From the IMG/VR virus record IMGVR_UViG_2751185671_000004, positions 32,001-96,000 of that record: 64,000 bases of DNA; one strand, given 5' to 3'. The stretch is from a virus (taxonomy: Duplodnaviria > Caudoviricetes). Below the pieces are notes generated by a model. That model did no database searches. It saw only the letters and a list, made by a program, of their open reading frames with translations, and was not told the DNA's origin. The position numbers and the translations under genes are program-made. Below are positions 1 through 9,538 of this stretch, in pieces (positions within the stretch are counted from its first letter, which is position 1; each line of letters opens with the position of its first letter).

Positions 1-2
1 GG

Positions 3-767
3 GCGTTGTTTTATCGTGCAACAGAGGACGCAAGAGGGCTTTGGAAGGAGGCAGAACGCTGTCTTTATTATGGCTATCGCGGCAATTTCGATAAGGTTAA
101 GTCTGCTCTAGATTGTATCTATAGAAGTGGCAATGAGAGAGATTCAGAAACCTGGGGGCGGATTTCAGCTTTAGCTGCCCTAAGTGGGCATATTGATTTT
201 GTCAGCCTACTTGGCGATTTGAATTCACTTAATGTCGCTGGAGCCTGGAGAGGGTCCGCAAGCGTTTGGACTCACACTGAGAATATCAAGCAGCATCGTT
301 CACAGTGCTTGTCAGGCATCGAGGCAGGACTGAATTCAGGCAATTCTCTTGCAATAGAAGTCGCTAACAAAATGAGTGCGTTATTTAGTAATGACACGTC
401 AACGATTATCATACCAATACACTTGATCAAACTTTACCTCAGCGTACTTGAAAGTGACCCGAAAGACAAAAGCCATCGCATACCTAGGTTTAATGAATGG
501 CTCAACGCTACTGCGCAGCAAGATCCCGAAACAGCACTTGCCGCGCTGGAGATGTATTTGTCCTATATTAGTCGTGATCAATCCTATTTTTACGATCATG
601 GTGATCATCTTGTTCAGCTGGTGACTCGCCTGTTTGCAGAAGCGGAAGAGAGAGAAGAGTCGGACAACGGTGAAATGCTATGTCGTGTGGTGTCAGTGCA
701 GGATTTATTATTGTCATTGGGGGGAAGCTCTATCCTGGATTGGCTGAAAGCTGCAGAGAGACAATAG
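3..767 (+). CDS. C-terminal part of a large defence protein, probably AVAST type 4 (Avs4-like) STAND NTPase; 5' end lies outside the window
   Basis: Frame open from the window edge. The helical C-terminus 'LVTRLFAEAEEREESDNGEMLCRVVSVQDLLLSLG...DWLKAAERQ' resembles my recollection of Avs4 C-termini. Island context fits. Confidence 0.55.
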   Translation, partial: ALFYRATEDARGLWKEAERCLYYGYRGNFDKVKSALDCIYRSGNERDSETWGRISALAALSGHIDFVSLLGDLNSLNVAGAWRGSASVWTHTENIKQHRSQCLSGIEAGLNSGNSLAIEVANKMSALFSNDTSTIIIPIHLIKLYLSVLESDPKDKSHRIPRFNEWLNATAQQDPETALAALEMYLSYISRDQSYFYDHGDHLVQLVTRLFAEAEEREESDNGEMLCRVVSVQDLLLSLGGSSILDWLKAAERQ

Positions 768-1446
768 CTTGGTCTTTATAGAACGCATTCTTAATAGTCT
801 CAAATAAAAATTCAATATCTTTAGTCAGAGTAAGGAATTAAATGCAGGAATTCAGAGGAAAATTTAATTAATGCAGCGTCCGTCATTGGCTATAAATGGG
901 ATGGCTTTCAGCTATGGGTGACCGAGGTCACCCCGCCAAAGATTACTATAAAAGTAGAATTAAAAATGCTAATGCTTTAATAATTTTTGCCACATCAATG
1001 GTAACCTCATATTTAGAGTTTTTAAATGTGAACATATTGCTCTCCATAAAAACCCTAAGCCGGCTCAGGATGTTAGTAACATTTGAGCTTTACGTCGCAG
1101 GCCAGCGACGCCACTAAAAGTGATAGCTAATCAGTTTATAGTGGGTTTACTACTGGAGTATCATTCCAGCTAACAGAGCGTGATACCATATATAGGCTAG
1201 GACAGTTCAGAGTCTGCCTCGCAGTAGTTCTGAGTTCTTCCTATAAATGCACTCCTAGCGACCAGACCAACATTGGAACCTTTAGCTCCAAATATGGCTC
1301 AACCACATTATCCTGAATGTAGCATTTTATTTGCAAATAAGTCAATCTATATCATTAGATTACTGTTTTTTAATACACTTATTGATAACAACCTCAATAG
1401 TTCTAGATGAAATATAAGTACATATATTAAATCTGCATTCTTTAAC

Positions 1447-2337
1447 CTAATACTCAGTACCAATAGAAAACTCTGCTTCAGGCTTATAACTTTTTCTAGA
1501 TTTAACGGTTTCTTCATACCAGAGGCTAAATATATCCATACATGCTCTATCAGCGGCTCCAACTCGATGACACAAATTTACATCATAATAACATTTTTGC
1601 TCTAATTTCTCCCAGTCATCTTCAGTCGCGGTGAGAATAGGCACATGGTAATTAGAGATCCCTCTATCCAAAATTTCATTTATTAAATACTGAATATTCA
1701 TTCTACCTCCACCTGAAGACATAAATGAACCAATTAAGTCAGAAGAAATAATTCTTGTAAATTTATTTTCCACTTTATGCATAACTATATAACAAAGCAG
1801 ATCATCTCTATTATAAGGGCAACAAGCTATGGTAGCTGAAAAGCCTTTATCGAATAGTTTTGCGAGTTCTCGTTCACACAAATGAAACGAGCGAAATATA
1901 GATGATATATCCGAATCGATAAAGTCTGGTTTTAAAAAAAAGAAATCTTCTACTTTTTCAATTAAACTCATTGGCAGCTCAATATTTCCTAGCTCGTAAC
2001 TCTCTAACTGTGTTACTTCATCTAATCCATAAAAAATTGCCATATCTCTTAACTTAATATCAAGAATTTCCTCTCTAAGCCATCTATGTTTTTGACCAAC
2101 TGCCGTTCGATACGAACCTGACAATGCCCCCCCTTGTTCTGACTCATTATTGTTACTATCACTATCGTTTTTTTGGGGAACTAAAACTCTATTCCTGTTT
2201 TCATCGGTCTGTTTTTTCGATAAACGTCTGAGAAATAAGTAACTACATATCGGAACACCAATCCCGGAAAAAAACCACTGATAATGATTAAGCAATACAC
2301 CTAGTAGCGAACTCATACTTTCTAATAATACATGCAT
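1447..2337 (-). CDS. Membrane-anchored protein with an internal XRE-like HTH domain
   Basis: N-terminal hydrophobic segment (YQWFFSGIGVPICSYLFL), polar linker, then 'HRWLREEILDIKLRDMAIFYGLDEVTQLESYELGNIELP', which has an XRE pattern. Confidence 0.55.
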   Translation of the reverse strand: MHVLLESMSSLLGVLLNHYQWFFSGIGVPICSYLFLRRLSKKQTDENRNRVLVPQKNDSDSNNNESEQGGALSGSYRTAVGQKHRWLREEILDIKLRDMAIFYGLDEVTQLESYELGNIELPMSLIEKVEDFFFLKPDFIDSDISSIFRSFHLCERELAKLFDKGFSATIACCPYNRDDLLCYIVMHKVENKFTRIISSDLIGSFMSSGGGRMNIQYLINEILDRGISNYHVPILTATEDDWEKLEQKCYYDVNLCHRVGAADRACMDIFSLWYEETVKSRKSYKPEAEFSIGTEY

Positions 2338-2413
2338 AACTACTATTAACCTCTGAACCTTATTTGATACATTAACTGCTGAAGATTTAGTGCTTTGATA
2401 TGTTTGTTAAACA

Positions 2414-2659
2414 TTACTTCTTTAATATACTTTTTAAAAGGCCAACTACATCCGAAGGGCTTACTGTGTCTGGGCTTCCAACTGCAGTAGCCCAACAGCA
2501 CAAGATAATACACGTCAGCAGATACATTAGCCCTCCTCCTCGCTGTGCCCACTGAAGACAAAAACTGAAAATAAGGCTAAGAAAGGAGAAAAGAAAAAGT
2601 AATATCACCATTACAGATGACATTTGGGATAGGAATAATTGTGAATACAATATGAGCAC
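2414..2659 (-). CDS. Small two-TM membrane protein
   Basis: 81 aa with two hydrophobic stretches; GTG start with AGAGG upstream. Confidence 0.4.
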   Translation of the reverse strand: MLILYSQLFLSQMSSVMVILLFLFSFLSLIFSFCLQWAQRGGGLMYLLTCIILCCWATAVGSPDTVSPSDVVGLLKSILKK

Positions 2660-2669
2660 GGCTGCCTCT

Positions 2670-2831
2670 CTATGACAGTTTTAAGCATCCATGCAAACCC
2701 GAAATGTTAGCTTTAAAGCATATTATCTCAAAGCTTGTCTCTCCAAGAGACGAGTTAAGTGATTTAGTTAAAAACAAGATACCAACAATTTCGAAGACTA
2801 GCAATAAATATTTCCATATCGCGATGTTCAT
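2670..2831 (-). CDS. Small membrane protein (53 aa, below the ORF-track cutoff)
   Basis: Read manually: MNIAIWKYLLLVFEIVGILFLTKSLNSS...LKLS*, co-oriented with its neighbours. Confidence 0.3.
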   Translation of the reverse strand: MNIAIWKYLLLVFEIVGILFLTKSLNSSLGETSFEIICFKANISGLHGCLKLS

Positions 2832-2930
2832 TTATTGGTCAACTTAATAGATAGTGTATTTACAATCTTCGTTTTGTGTATAATGGATTGACACAGCATA
2901 TAGTCCATTTAGTCAACTTCTACCTTCTGT

Positions 2931-3125
2931 CTACGAATTTTGCTCTTCAGCCTTCCCCTCTCGAATTAAATGCCCTAATAATATTTTTGCTAGGCTTTCT
3001 TCTCTTATCCCATTGAGCTGACTAGACTTTGAAGTATTTACTCCGTAGACGGTAAGCATATTGCCATCTACCGTATATTCCGCTTCGTATGTTATACCAT
3101 CAACTTCTTTAAATATTATTTCCAA
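2931..3125 (-). CDS. Hypothetical protein
   Basis: 64 aa, TTG start preceded by GAGGAAG; protein-like composition. Confidence 0.5.
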   Translation of the reverse strand: MEIIFKEVDGITYEAEYTVDGNMLTVYGVNTSKSSQLNGIREESLAKILLGHLIREGKAEEQNS

Positions 3126-3452
3126 TTTACTTCCTCATTTTTACTTCCGCTTGCTTACAACATTATTTTAGTTAATAAAATTTAGGATAAATTTTTCCTA
3201 ATTTATTGAAAGTTAGATTAAATATTTAATGCGGAGAATTATGAATTAACCATGACGCTTAAATTTTCATGGATTTTAGACGCATCAACACAAACTAAAA
3301 TTATACTATCTAATTAATTTAATAAAAGCAGATAAAAAACAAAAATACTGAGCATCTTATATTAAACAGTAAAGCGTGCCAAAACTTTTCTGTAAAATGA
3401 AGGTTGGTTGGATAATTAGAAATTTATTTTATAGGAAATGATTCAGCTATTG

Positions 3453-3881
3453 TTACAAAACAAAATTTGGCGATGGACGCTCATAATCTGAGTTATGTCC
3501 ATAATGACGAGTCTGAAAATGAGAAAGGTGTTCAAAGTATGGAGTCACATCATGTTTCAGTCCCCAGTCTGTCGCTAATTCATCCCTATATCGGTCGGGA
3601 GTAACGTAAGGCACACTAGAGGGCTTTAGCTTTTCAGAAAAGGATAATAGGTTTTCCCTTTCTTCATGGCAAAGTACATTAAAGCCTGCTAAAAACTCTA
3701 TCATGTAGCCGACAACTCTTTGACTTTCAGGGTTTAAATTCTTAGCCCAAGAAACGTCTGGCACAAAGCCTTCATGCCATACAGCGAGAGCGACTGCTAC
3801 CATGTCTTCCACTGACGTATTACGTAGACGACTTTCGGCAACTCGATCAAGAGCATCATAAACATCTTTATCGTTTAACAT
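3453..3881 (-). CDS. Hypothetical partner of the nucleotidyltransferase (possible TA/Abi component)
   Basis: 142 aa, start overlaps the upstream stop, suggesting translational coupling. Confidence 0.65.
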   Translation of the reverse strand: MLNDKDVYDALDRVAESRLRNTSVEDMVAVALAVWHEGFVPDVSWAKNLNPESQRVVGYMIEFLAGFNVLCHEERENLLSFSEKLKPSSVPYVTPDRYRDELATDWGLKHDVTPYFEHLSHFQTRHYGHNSDYERPSPNFVL

Positions 3882-4474
3882 AGTTTCAAGCTCTCTGCTC
3901 GGCGTTGGATATGGCTCACATTATTCTTTATAGCGACGACATTACCAACATAATACTCAGCCGCTTCATTAGCTCTGCTTACAAACTCATCAATAGACAA
4001 TCTTTTCACTTTTATCAAAGTTAAGATATCGTCGATATCTCTCTCGCCAAAGCGTCCCAGTTTTGAGACAGCCAAATCGGCAGGTGTCACCACATAAAGC
4101 CACAATGGAGAAGCCACCATCCTAGTCTCTATCTGTATAGCATCATCCTGATAGTCTTCGTGAAGAGGGCCTAGTGTCGGCGAAAAGGTTTTATCATAAA
4201 GTAAACGTAGTTTTGTACCCTGAGAAGTATAGGTAATGGGGGAAACATTAAAGGTTAACTCAGAGCTTTTCACATGCCGTGCTGCCGAAAACTCCACATC
4301 AATATCACCACTACCACGAGAATTTGTCAATATATGCATCGCGCAGCCTCCAAAGATGTATGCTTTGATACTACCAGGTTGCTTTTGCACCTTCGAGAAG
4401 TCCTGCTCCGCCCGATTAAAAAAACTTAGCACGGCTTTGGATAGGGGCGTATTTAGGTGTAAGTCATGATTCAT
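3875..4474 (-). CDS. DUF6036/AbiEii-like nucleotidyltransferase
   Basis: Motifs 'IFGGCAMH...R.SGDID' and 'DLAVSKLGRFGERDIDDI' of the Pol-beta NTase superfamily. Confidence 0.75.
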   Translation of the reverse strand: MNHDLHLNTPLSKAVLSFFNRAEQDFSKVQKQPGSIKAYIFGGCAMHILTNSRGSGDIDVEFSAARHVKSSELTFNVSPITYTSQGTKLRLLYDKTFSPTLGPLHEDYQDDAIQIETRMVASPLWLYVVTPADLAVSKLGRFGERDIDDILTLIKVKRLSIDEFVSRANEAAEYYVGNVVAIKNNVSHIQRRAESLKLC

Positions 4475-4850
4475 TCTGCGAACTTTCCCAATGATTTATC
4501 GACAATCGCCGTTCTCTACTTTAAAGACACTATATTCTTTAAATCGTTGACGCTTTAAGCAACCCTCATATCGTATTTGCACTCATACTGAACCTAGATA
4601 TCTATTGCCTTTATTCAAAATACAATATATCCGATATTCAAGGAGAGGTGTGTAATCTATCTCACTCTAAGCCAAATACAATAATTTAATTCTATCACTT
4701 AGTAGATAACGCTGCGCCAAAAACCACTTAACGAGCATATATCAAAAAGACATATACGAAGGTAGGAAGATAGCGTTTAATGAGCTTACCAATACTTACT
4801 GCTAGTTACCGCTAAGCCCAAATACATCATAGAAGGGGTTTGAACCGAGT

Positions 4851-4866
4851 TCCCTCCCCTCCACCA
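4851..4866 (+). mobile_element. Displaced tmRNA/tRNA 3' fragment (att core at an island boundary)
   Basis: TCCCTCCCCTCCACCA ends in CCACCA, is followed by a terminator, and has no cloverleaf upstream. Confidence 0.55.
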
Positions 4867-4872
4867 ATAGAT

Positions 4873-4904
4873 AAAAGCCAACCCCTATCAGGTTGGCTTT
4901 TTTT
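4873..4904 (+). terminator. Rho-independent terminator
   Basis: AAAAGCCAACC-7 nt loop-GGTTGGCTTTT followed by a T-run. Confidence 0.8.
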
Positions 4905-4947
4905 ATGCGCGACCACCGCGCTACAGCCTAGTAATGGCGTGGCTTAG

Positions 4948-5098
4948 CGGACTTCGGCTATTTTTTGATCCCGGACTTCATAGCATCAAATTCTCTCTTC
5001 TCCCCTATATTCTCTCTCACTCTACTAGGCACCACTTTCGAAGTCCGTCGATGTCGAAAAATTATTTCCTTATAAATCAGTAACTTAGCGACGGACTT
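4948..5098. repeat. CGGACTT repeats (three direct, one inverted); probable integrase arm-type sites
   Basis: CGGACTT at 4948, 4972 and 5092; AAGTCCG at 5041; immediately downstream of the att-like fragment. Confidence 0.45.
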
Positions 5099-5407
5099 TT
5101 ATAATGGTTTTTTGAGGGCAATGGCTACCCAGAAAGAAATACGCAAACCTTACTCAGAACGGAGAAAATTAGGGCTTTTTGGGATTAATTAAAATACAAA
5201 TAGAATACTAATCACACTAACTCGAAATTCACATAACTGAAAAAATATATACAATAAAATCAATATACTAGGAATATTTATCAGCTTTATTTTGCGTTTA
5301 AAAACTAAATATTGCATGAGTTTGTGATTAAAAAAGCGATAGGGGAAATATTAGCAGTAGACACCAGTTAGCAAGCAGCGATACGAATGCCACTCAACTA
5401 ACCTGCT

Positions 5408-5915
5408 ACTTTAAGCTGCCTATTCGGCAGTGAACAAAAAATTAAAACATGTAGGAGTTTTAATTATTTTCTAAGCTGCCTATACGGCGGTGAACTGCAG
5501 GTTGTTACTGTTTTAACTCTTTTCACTTTTCTAAGCTGCCTATTCGGCAGTGAACCATTTGGTGATCTTATTCGTGTTTTTGTGAATTTTCTAAGCTGCC
5601 TACACGGCAGTGAATATTACATGTGAATAACCGAGAAAACTCACAGCTCTCTAAGCTGCCTACACGACAGTGAATTGTCAAATTGTTGATTTTAAAGCCT
5701 TTAATTATTTCTAAGCTGCCTACACGACAGTGAATTTAAAATGTTTTCCTCAACACTTTTTGTTGATTTTCTAAGCTGCCTACACGACAGTGAACAACCT
5801 GTTTCTTCTACTACAACGACCACTAATTTTCTAAGCTGCCTACACGGCAGTGAACGCGGCGTACCTGTCAAGCTTACACTTGCAATATTTCTAAGCTGCC
5901 TACACGGCAGTGAAC
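5408..5915 (-). CRISPR. Type I-F CRISPR array, 9 repeats and 8 spacers of 32 bp
   Basis: 28-bp repeat with exact 60-bp period (5408, 5468 ... 5888). Reverse complement GTTCACTGCCGTGTAGGCAGCTTAGAAA is the Cas6f-type repeat with a CTGCC/GGCAG stem. The leftmost repeat is degenerate (trailer end). Confidence 0.97.
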
Positions 5916-6050
5916 AATACAAAAACTATAATAAACATCTGATTATTAAAGAACTTTTATGCTTTTTAGCATAAATACGCTTTTTTATTTTCTTATATCA
6001 AACCCACGTAAAATGCGGGCTGTAGTGATACTCGAAAAAAAAGGGTAAAA
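5916..6050 (-). promoter_or_regulatory. CRISPR leader
   Basis: AT-rich segment next to the best-conserved repeat, with ACCCTTTTTTTT on the minus strand about 120-130 bp out, typical of I-F leaders. Confidence 0.7.
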
Positions 6051-6725
6051 CCGAATAATAATAGTGTAAATGAACATGTGCTCATCTCACGAAGACTAGG
6101 GTGACAATATTTGCACTACCAGCTTGGCACTTATGTTTTCATTTTAGGCACAACAAATCTTCATTGACACCAAAGGCTTTTTAAAAAAGTATCTTCTAGT
6201 TTCACTCAAGAACCAATATGAATGCGGGATAACAATAAATTAAGTTTTTCACAAAACATGTCATATGATTGACGCATACTCAAATATCTATGATAAAGGC
6301 GATAGCAATTTGCTGGTTTGGTATAAGACTCACTCTCTATATCAATTCAATTTAGTTGAAGCATTTTCAATCTATTGTGACTTACATAAAAACTTGATCA
6401 ACTTCACAGTCCAACATAAAAAACTTAACCTTAAGTCAAAAAAAGATCCTAAACACTAAAAATCATAACCTCAATTTTTAAACCTAAGCTTTAAGATATA
6501 TATAATATAGCTTTATGAAGCTTCGCCTAAATTAATTTTTTGTCGCATTTATTTTATTTTGAATAAATTAAGCTCTGTTTTAGCAACGATTTAAAGTTTT
6601 TTAGAGCAAAAAACAAGCTAAACATTTGGCATAACAAGTACTAGACTTCACCTTAAAATACAATAACAATGCTCGCCTCTAATTGATGAGAGAAGTGAAG
6701 TTATAAAGCATGAAGCTAAGGTTTT

Positions 6726-7634
6726 ATGATGATTAATAATTTATGGATGTATGCAGCTCTGCCAATGGTGCCGGCCGTATTATGTGTATTTATTTTAATC
6801 AGGCTATACAAAAGAAAAATGGGTAACCATTATATCAAACTGTTTTCAAATTTGGTATTAATGAATTTTTCCCAAGCAATAATGTACGTCTTATTTTCGT
6901 TTTCAGTTAAGGCAGCCGGATATGCAGCTGATGCCTACCTAATTGCTGCGTATTTCTTTTTCACACATTTAATGATGACAAGCATATTTCTTTCAGATCG
7001 AAAAAATATCTTTATAAACATTAGCTCAGATTGGCTTTACGCTTTCCCTTTATTGCTGACTTTTCTACATTTTAATGGTTTGATGGTAGAAAGCTATCGA
7101 GTAGAACAAAACTCTTTAATGCATAATGATGGATCTTTTGCATGGTGTTTTGACTTATACATAATGATATCTAACATACTTACGATATACTTTTTGCTGA
7201 GGAATGTTAAACATTGCAAAAAACAGCGAATGACTGTTTCAAAGAACTTAATCGCGATTATTTCATTTATACCTTTGATTATAGTATTTTTTATAGTTGT
7301 CGCCCTTTCTTCCACTAAATATGCTATTCCTGTCGCAGTTATTGGCCCTACTATTACATTTTATACGGCATTATCATTTTATTATATATCTCAAGAGAGA
7401 GTTATTGACCTTTCTATTGGAGGTAGATTTTTTTGGGATAGATTAAAATTAGCCTACAAATTACTCGAGACCGACAAGACAAAAGCTGATATGAGAACGT
7501 TCCATAAACATATAGATAAGCAGTTTATTAAGGAGGCCCTATATGAAAATGATCGACAAATACAAGCCACAGCTGATTATCTTCGGATAAATCACACGAC
7601 ATTGAGAAACAAAATAAAAGAATATAGTCTCTGA
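6726..7634 (+). CDS. 7TM (HisKA_7TM-like) membrane sensor fused to a Fis-type HTH
   Basis: About seven hydrophobic helices in residues ~5-220; C-terminal 'FIKEALYENDRQIQATADYLRINHTTLRNKIKEY' fits HTH_8. Confidence 0.75.
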   Translation: MMINNLWMYAALPMVPAVLCVFILIRLYKRKMGNHYIKLFSNLVLMNFSQAIMYVLFSFSVKAAGYAADAYLIAAYFFFTHLMMTSIFLSDRKNIFINISSDWLYAFPLLLTFLHFNGLMVESYRVEQNSLMHNDGSFAWCFDLYIMISNILTIYFLLRNVKHCKKQRMTVSKNLIAIISFIPLIIVFFIVVALSSTKYAIPVAVIGPTITFYTALSFYYISQERVIDLSIGGRFFWDRLKLAYKLLETDKTKADMRTFHKHIDKQFIKEALYENDRQIQATADYLRINHTTLRNKIKEYSL

Positions 7635-7730
7635 AATACAGGCGGAGAACCATTACCTCAATACCATAAATAGCGGGTAAAACTATTTTATACCAAGATA
7701 ATGGTTTTATATTTTACTATTGTATTTACA

Positions 7731-8426
7731 TTACTTTATACATTCGCTAACGCAAGAGGCGAATTCTGTTGGCTTCTCATACATGGGACTATGGCCACAT
7801 TCATTGATTAAGCTAACAGGTATACCAAAGTTATCAAATGTTGTAATAGCTTGAGAAATAGGTGTTATTACATCATTTTCGCCCCATATTGCATGCACAG
7901 GGCACTTCACTTTAGTTAATAACTCCGTTGCATTTGCGGCATTACTTTCTCTCATCAAGCCTATAATATTGCGAAGGTTCTCTTTGAAGCTCTTAGCAGT
8001 CTTTTCTTTAACTTCTATAGACGCTTTACTTTTATCATAACAAATAAGATCAACAAACCTTTGTGCAATCTCCGAAGAGTTTTTACTATTAATTTTTATA
8101 TCTAATATAACTTCACCAAAGCCTGCTGAACCAGAGATTATTACTTTCTCCACTTTCTCAGGAATAAGTTTTGCTATATTCATACATATAAAACTACCTA
8201 AAGAGTTACCTACTAGAATAACCTTTTCATCTACTTTTTTTAATTCTTTGATGATGTGCTCCGAGATGACGCTTACAGTGCCACCTATCGCACACAATGG
8301 TTCTTCTAATAAGAGATGTTGGGTACCAGCAATAGACTTATGTGAGTCTTTCCACATCCATCCTCCTGCAAACATCCCACTTATGAAAAATAACGTTTTA
8401 GCATTGTTATATTTAATAATCTTCAT
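7731..8426 (-). CDS. Alpha/beta hydrolase
   Basis: GNSLG nucleophile elbow, WGENDVITP (Asp), CGHSPMYEKP (His). Confidence 0.9.
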   Translation of the reverse strand: MKIIKYNNAKTLFFISGMFAGGWMWKDSHKSIAGTQHLLLEEPLCAIGGTVSVISEHIIKELKKVDEKVILVGNSLGSFICMNIAKLIPEKVEKVIISGSAGFGEVILDIKINSKNSSEIAQRFVDLICYDKSKASIEVKEKTAKSFKENLRNIIGLMRESNAANATELLTKVKCPVHAIWGENDVITPISQAITTFDNFGIPVSLINECGHSPMYEKPTEFASCVSECIK

Positions 8427-8739
8427 TTCGATTTCCTATGTAAATTGATTTGGCACATAAAAGTGCTTCGGTATTGTTCTACAAAATCACTTTGATAAAA
8501 ATCGAATGCCGTTAGGATGTATTTCACTGAATATTATGAAGTTCTTTAACCTATTGATTTTTAAAGTCTTATTTTTTCGAACTGTCTAGATTTAATTAGA
8601 AATAATTAGAATTTAATAGATGCTTGAAGTTGTACAAAGAAGTGTTAGTGTCGATTTCTGTTAGAGCAAACAAATCAAATAGATATTGAATCTAAAGAAA
8701 CAAATAAAATTTTTAATGTGGGAGCATGACGTTCTTATT

Positions 8740-8970
8740 ATGGATTTGGAAGTTGACAAGGCCGTTCAAATATTGGGTGGACAACGAGCAGCGGCTGAAA
8801 AACTAGGTGTGACAGACTCAGCAATATCTAGATGGGTTAAAAGTGGATGCATTCCACCTAGCAGAGTGTGGGAAGTTTACCTAGCTGTTGGTGATCAAAA
8901 AGCAAGCAGCGCTTTCTTTTCAATTGAGAATGCACTTAGGCAAGCATATGAAAAATGTAAAAAAACGTGA
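8740..8970 (+). CDS. Cro/YdaS-like HTH regulator, paralog 1 (start may be further upstream)
   Basis: 'GGQRAAAEKLGVTDSAISRWVKSGCIPPSR' is a Cro pattern. Confidence 0.8.
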   Translation: MDLEVDKAVQILGGQRAAAEKLGVTDSAISRWVKSGCIPPSRVWEVYLAVGDQKASSAFFSIENALRQAYEKCKKT

Positions 8971-8980
8971 TGATAAAAAG

Positions 8981-9490
8981 ATGTCTAAAAGTAAACCAGA
9001 AACAATTCACGGGAGCTTGACCGACCTTTCTCATCATGATGCGGCCATCTGTATGCTGGTGGAGCTAACGAATATAATTATAGATGAATTAAGTGACACA
9101 GATGCAGTTTTCCCTGTAGAACTGCACTTTGTTAAACCCAACAGGCACAAATATATTCTTGAAACGAAAAGTGCGACAAATGAGCCACTAGCATTAGACA
9201 GTCTATTTTACTCGAGTGAGAAGACAGCGTATTTCGATAAACGATTAGATATTTTGCAGGACTGCACTCGAATCAAACCCTTTAATCAAAAGTGGAATAA
9301 AGCACGTCTCATCATCCACGATGACCAACGCTATATCTTTCAATACAAGTTTGATCGCGATATACATGCCGCCTATAGCGTGATGCAAGGTCAGCAAGAA
9401 TTAAAGCACTTAGACGAAGAGACCTTCAAAAAAATACGCACATGGGAAGGTTTATCCAATAATCATCCCCGGCCTTGGTTATCCAGTTAG
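8981..9490 (+). CDS. Immunity-like protein (DUF600/YezG-like)
   Basis: 'PFNQKWNKARLIIHDDQRYIFQYKFD' resembles the YezG-type W-N...F.Y signature; start uncertain. Confidence 0.5.
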   Translation: MSKSKPETIHGSLTDLSHHDAAICMLVELTNIIIDELSDTDAVFPVELHFVKPNRHKYILETKSATNEPLALDSLFYSSEKTAYFDKRLDILQDCTRIKPFNQKWNKARLIIHDDQRYIFQYKFDRDIHAAYSVMQGQQELKHLDEETFKKIRTWEGLSNNHPRPWLSS

Positions 9491-9538
9491 TACGATAATC
9501 ACTGAGTTTTTACAGAGAACTACACACGGAGAATTTAT

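Noticed and set aside
896-1117. 73-aa ORF, and likewise 6265-6459
   Set aside because: No clear RBS or motif, in AT-rich intergenic DNA.
4790-4866. Complete tRNA or tmRNA gene
   Set aside because: Only the 3' CCACCA end is present; no acceptor-stem partner or cloverleaf upstream.
5436-5767. Short inverted repeats inside spacers (e.g. AATTAAAAC/GTTTTAATT in spacer 1)
   Set aside because: Plausible by chance in very AT-rich 32-mers, with no consistent position.
5436-5887. Self-targeting of the prophage by spacers
   Set aside because: I found no convincing match by eye, only short seeds; an alignment is needed to exclude it properly.
5701-5974. ORFs 5701-5922 (-) and 5741-5974 (+)
   Set aside because: Translations of the 60-bp periodic CRISPR array (recurring SCRQLR / FLSCLH).
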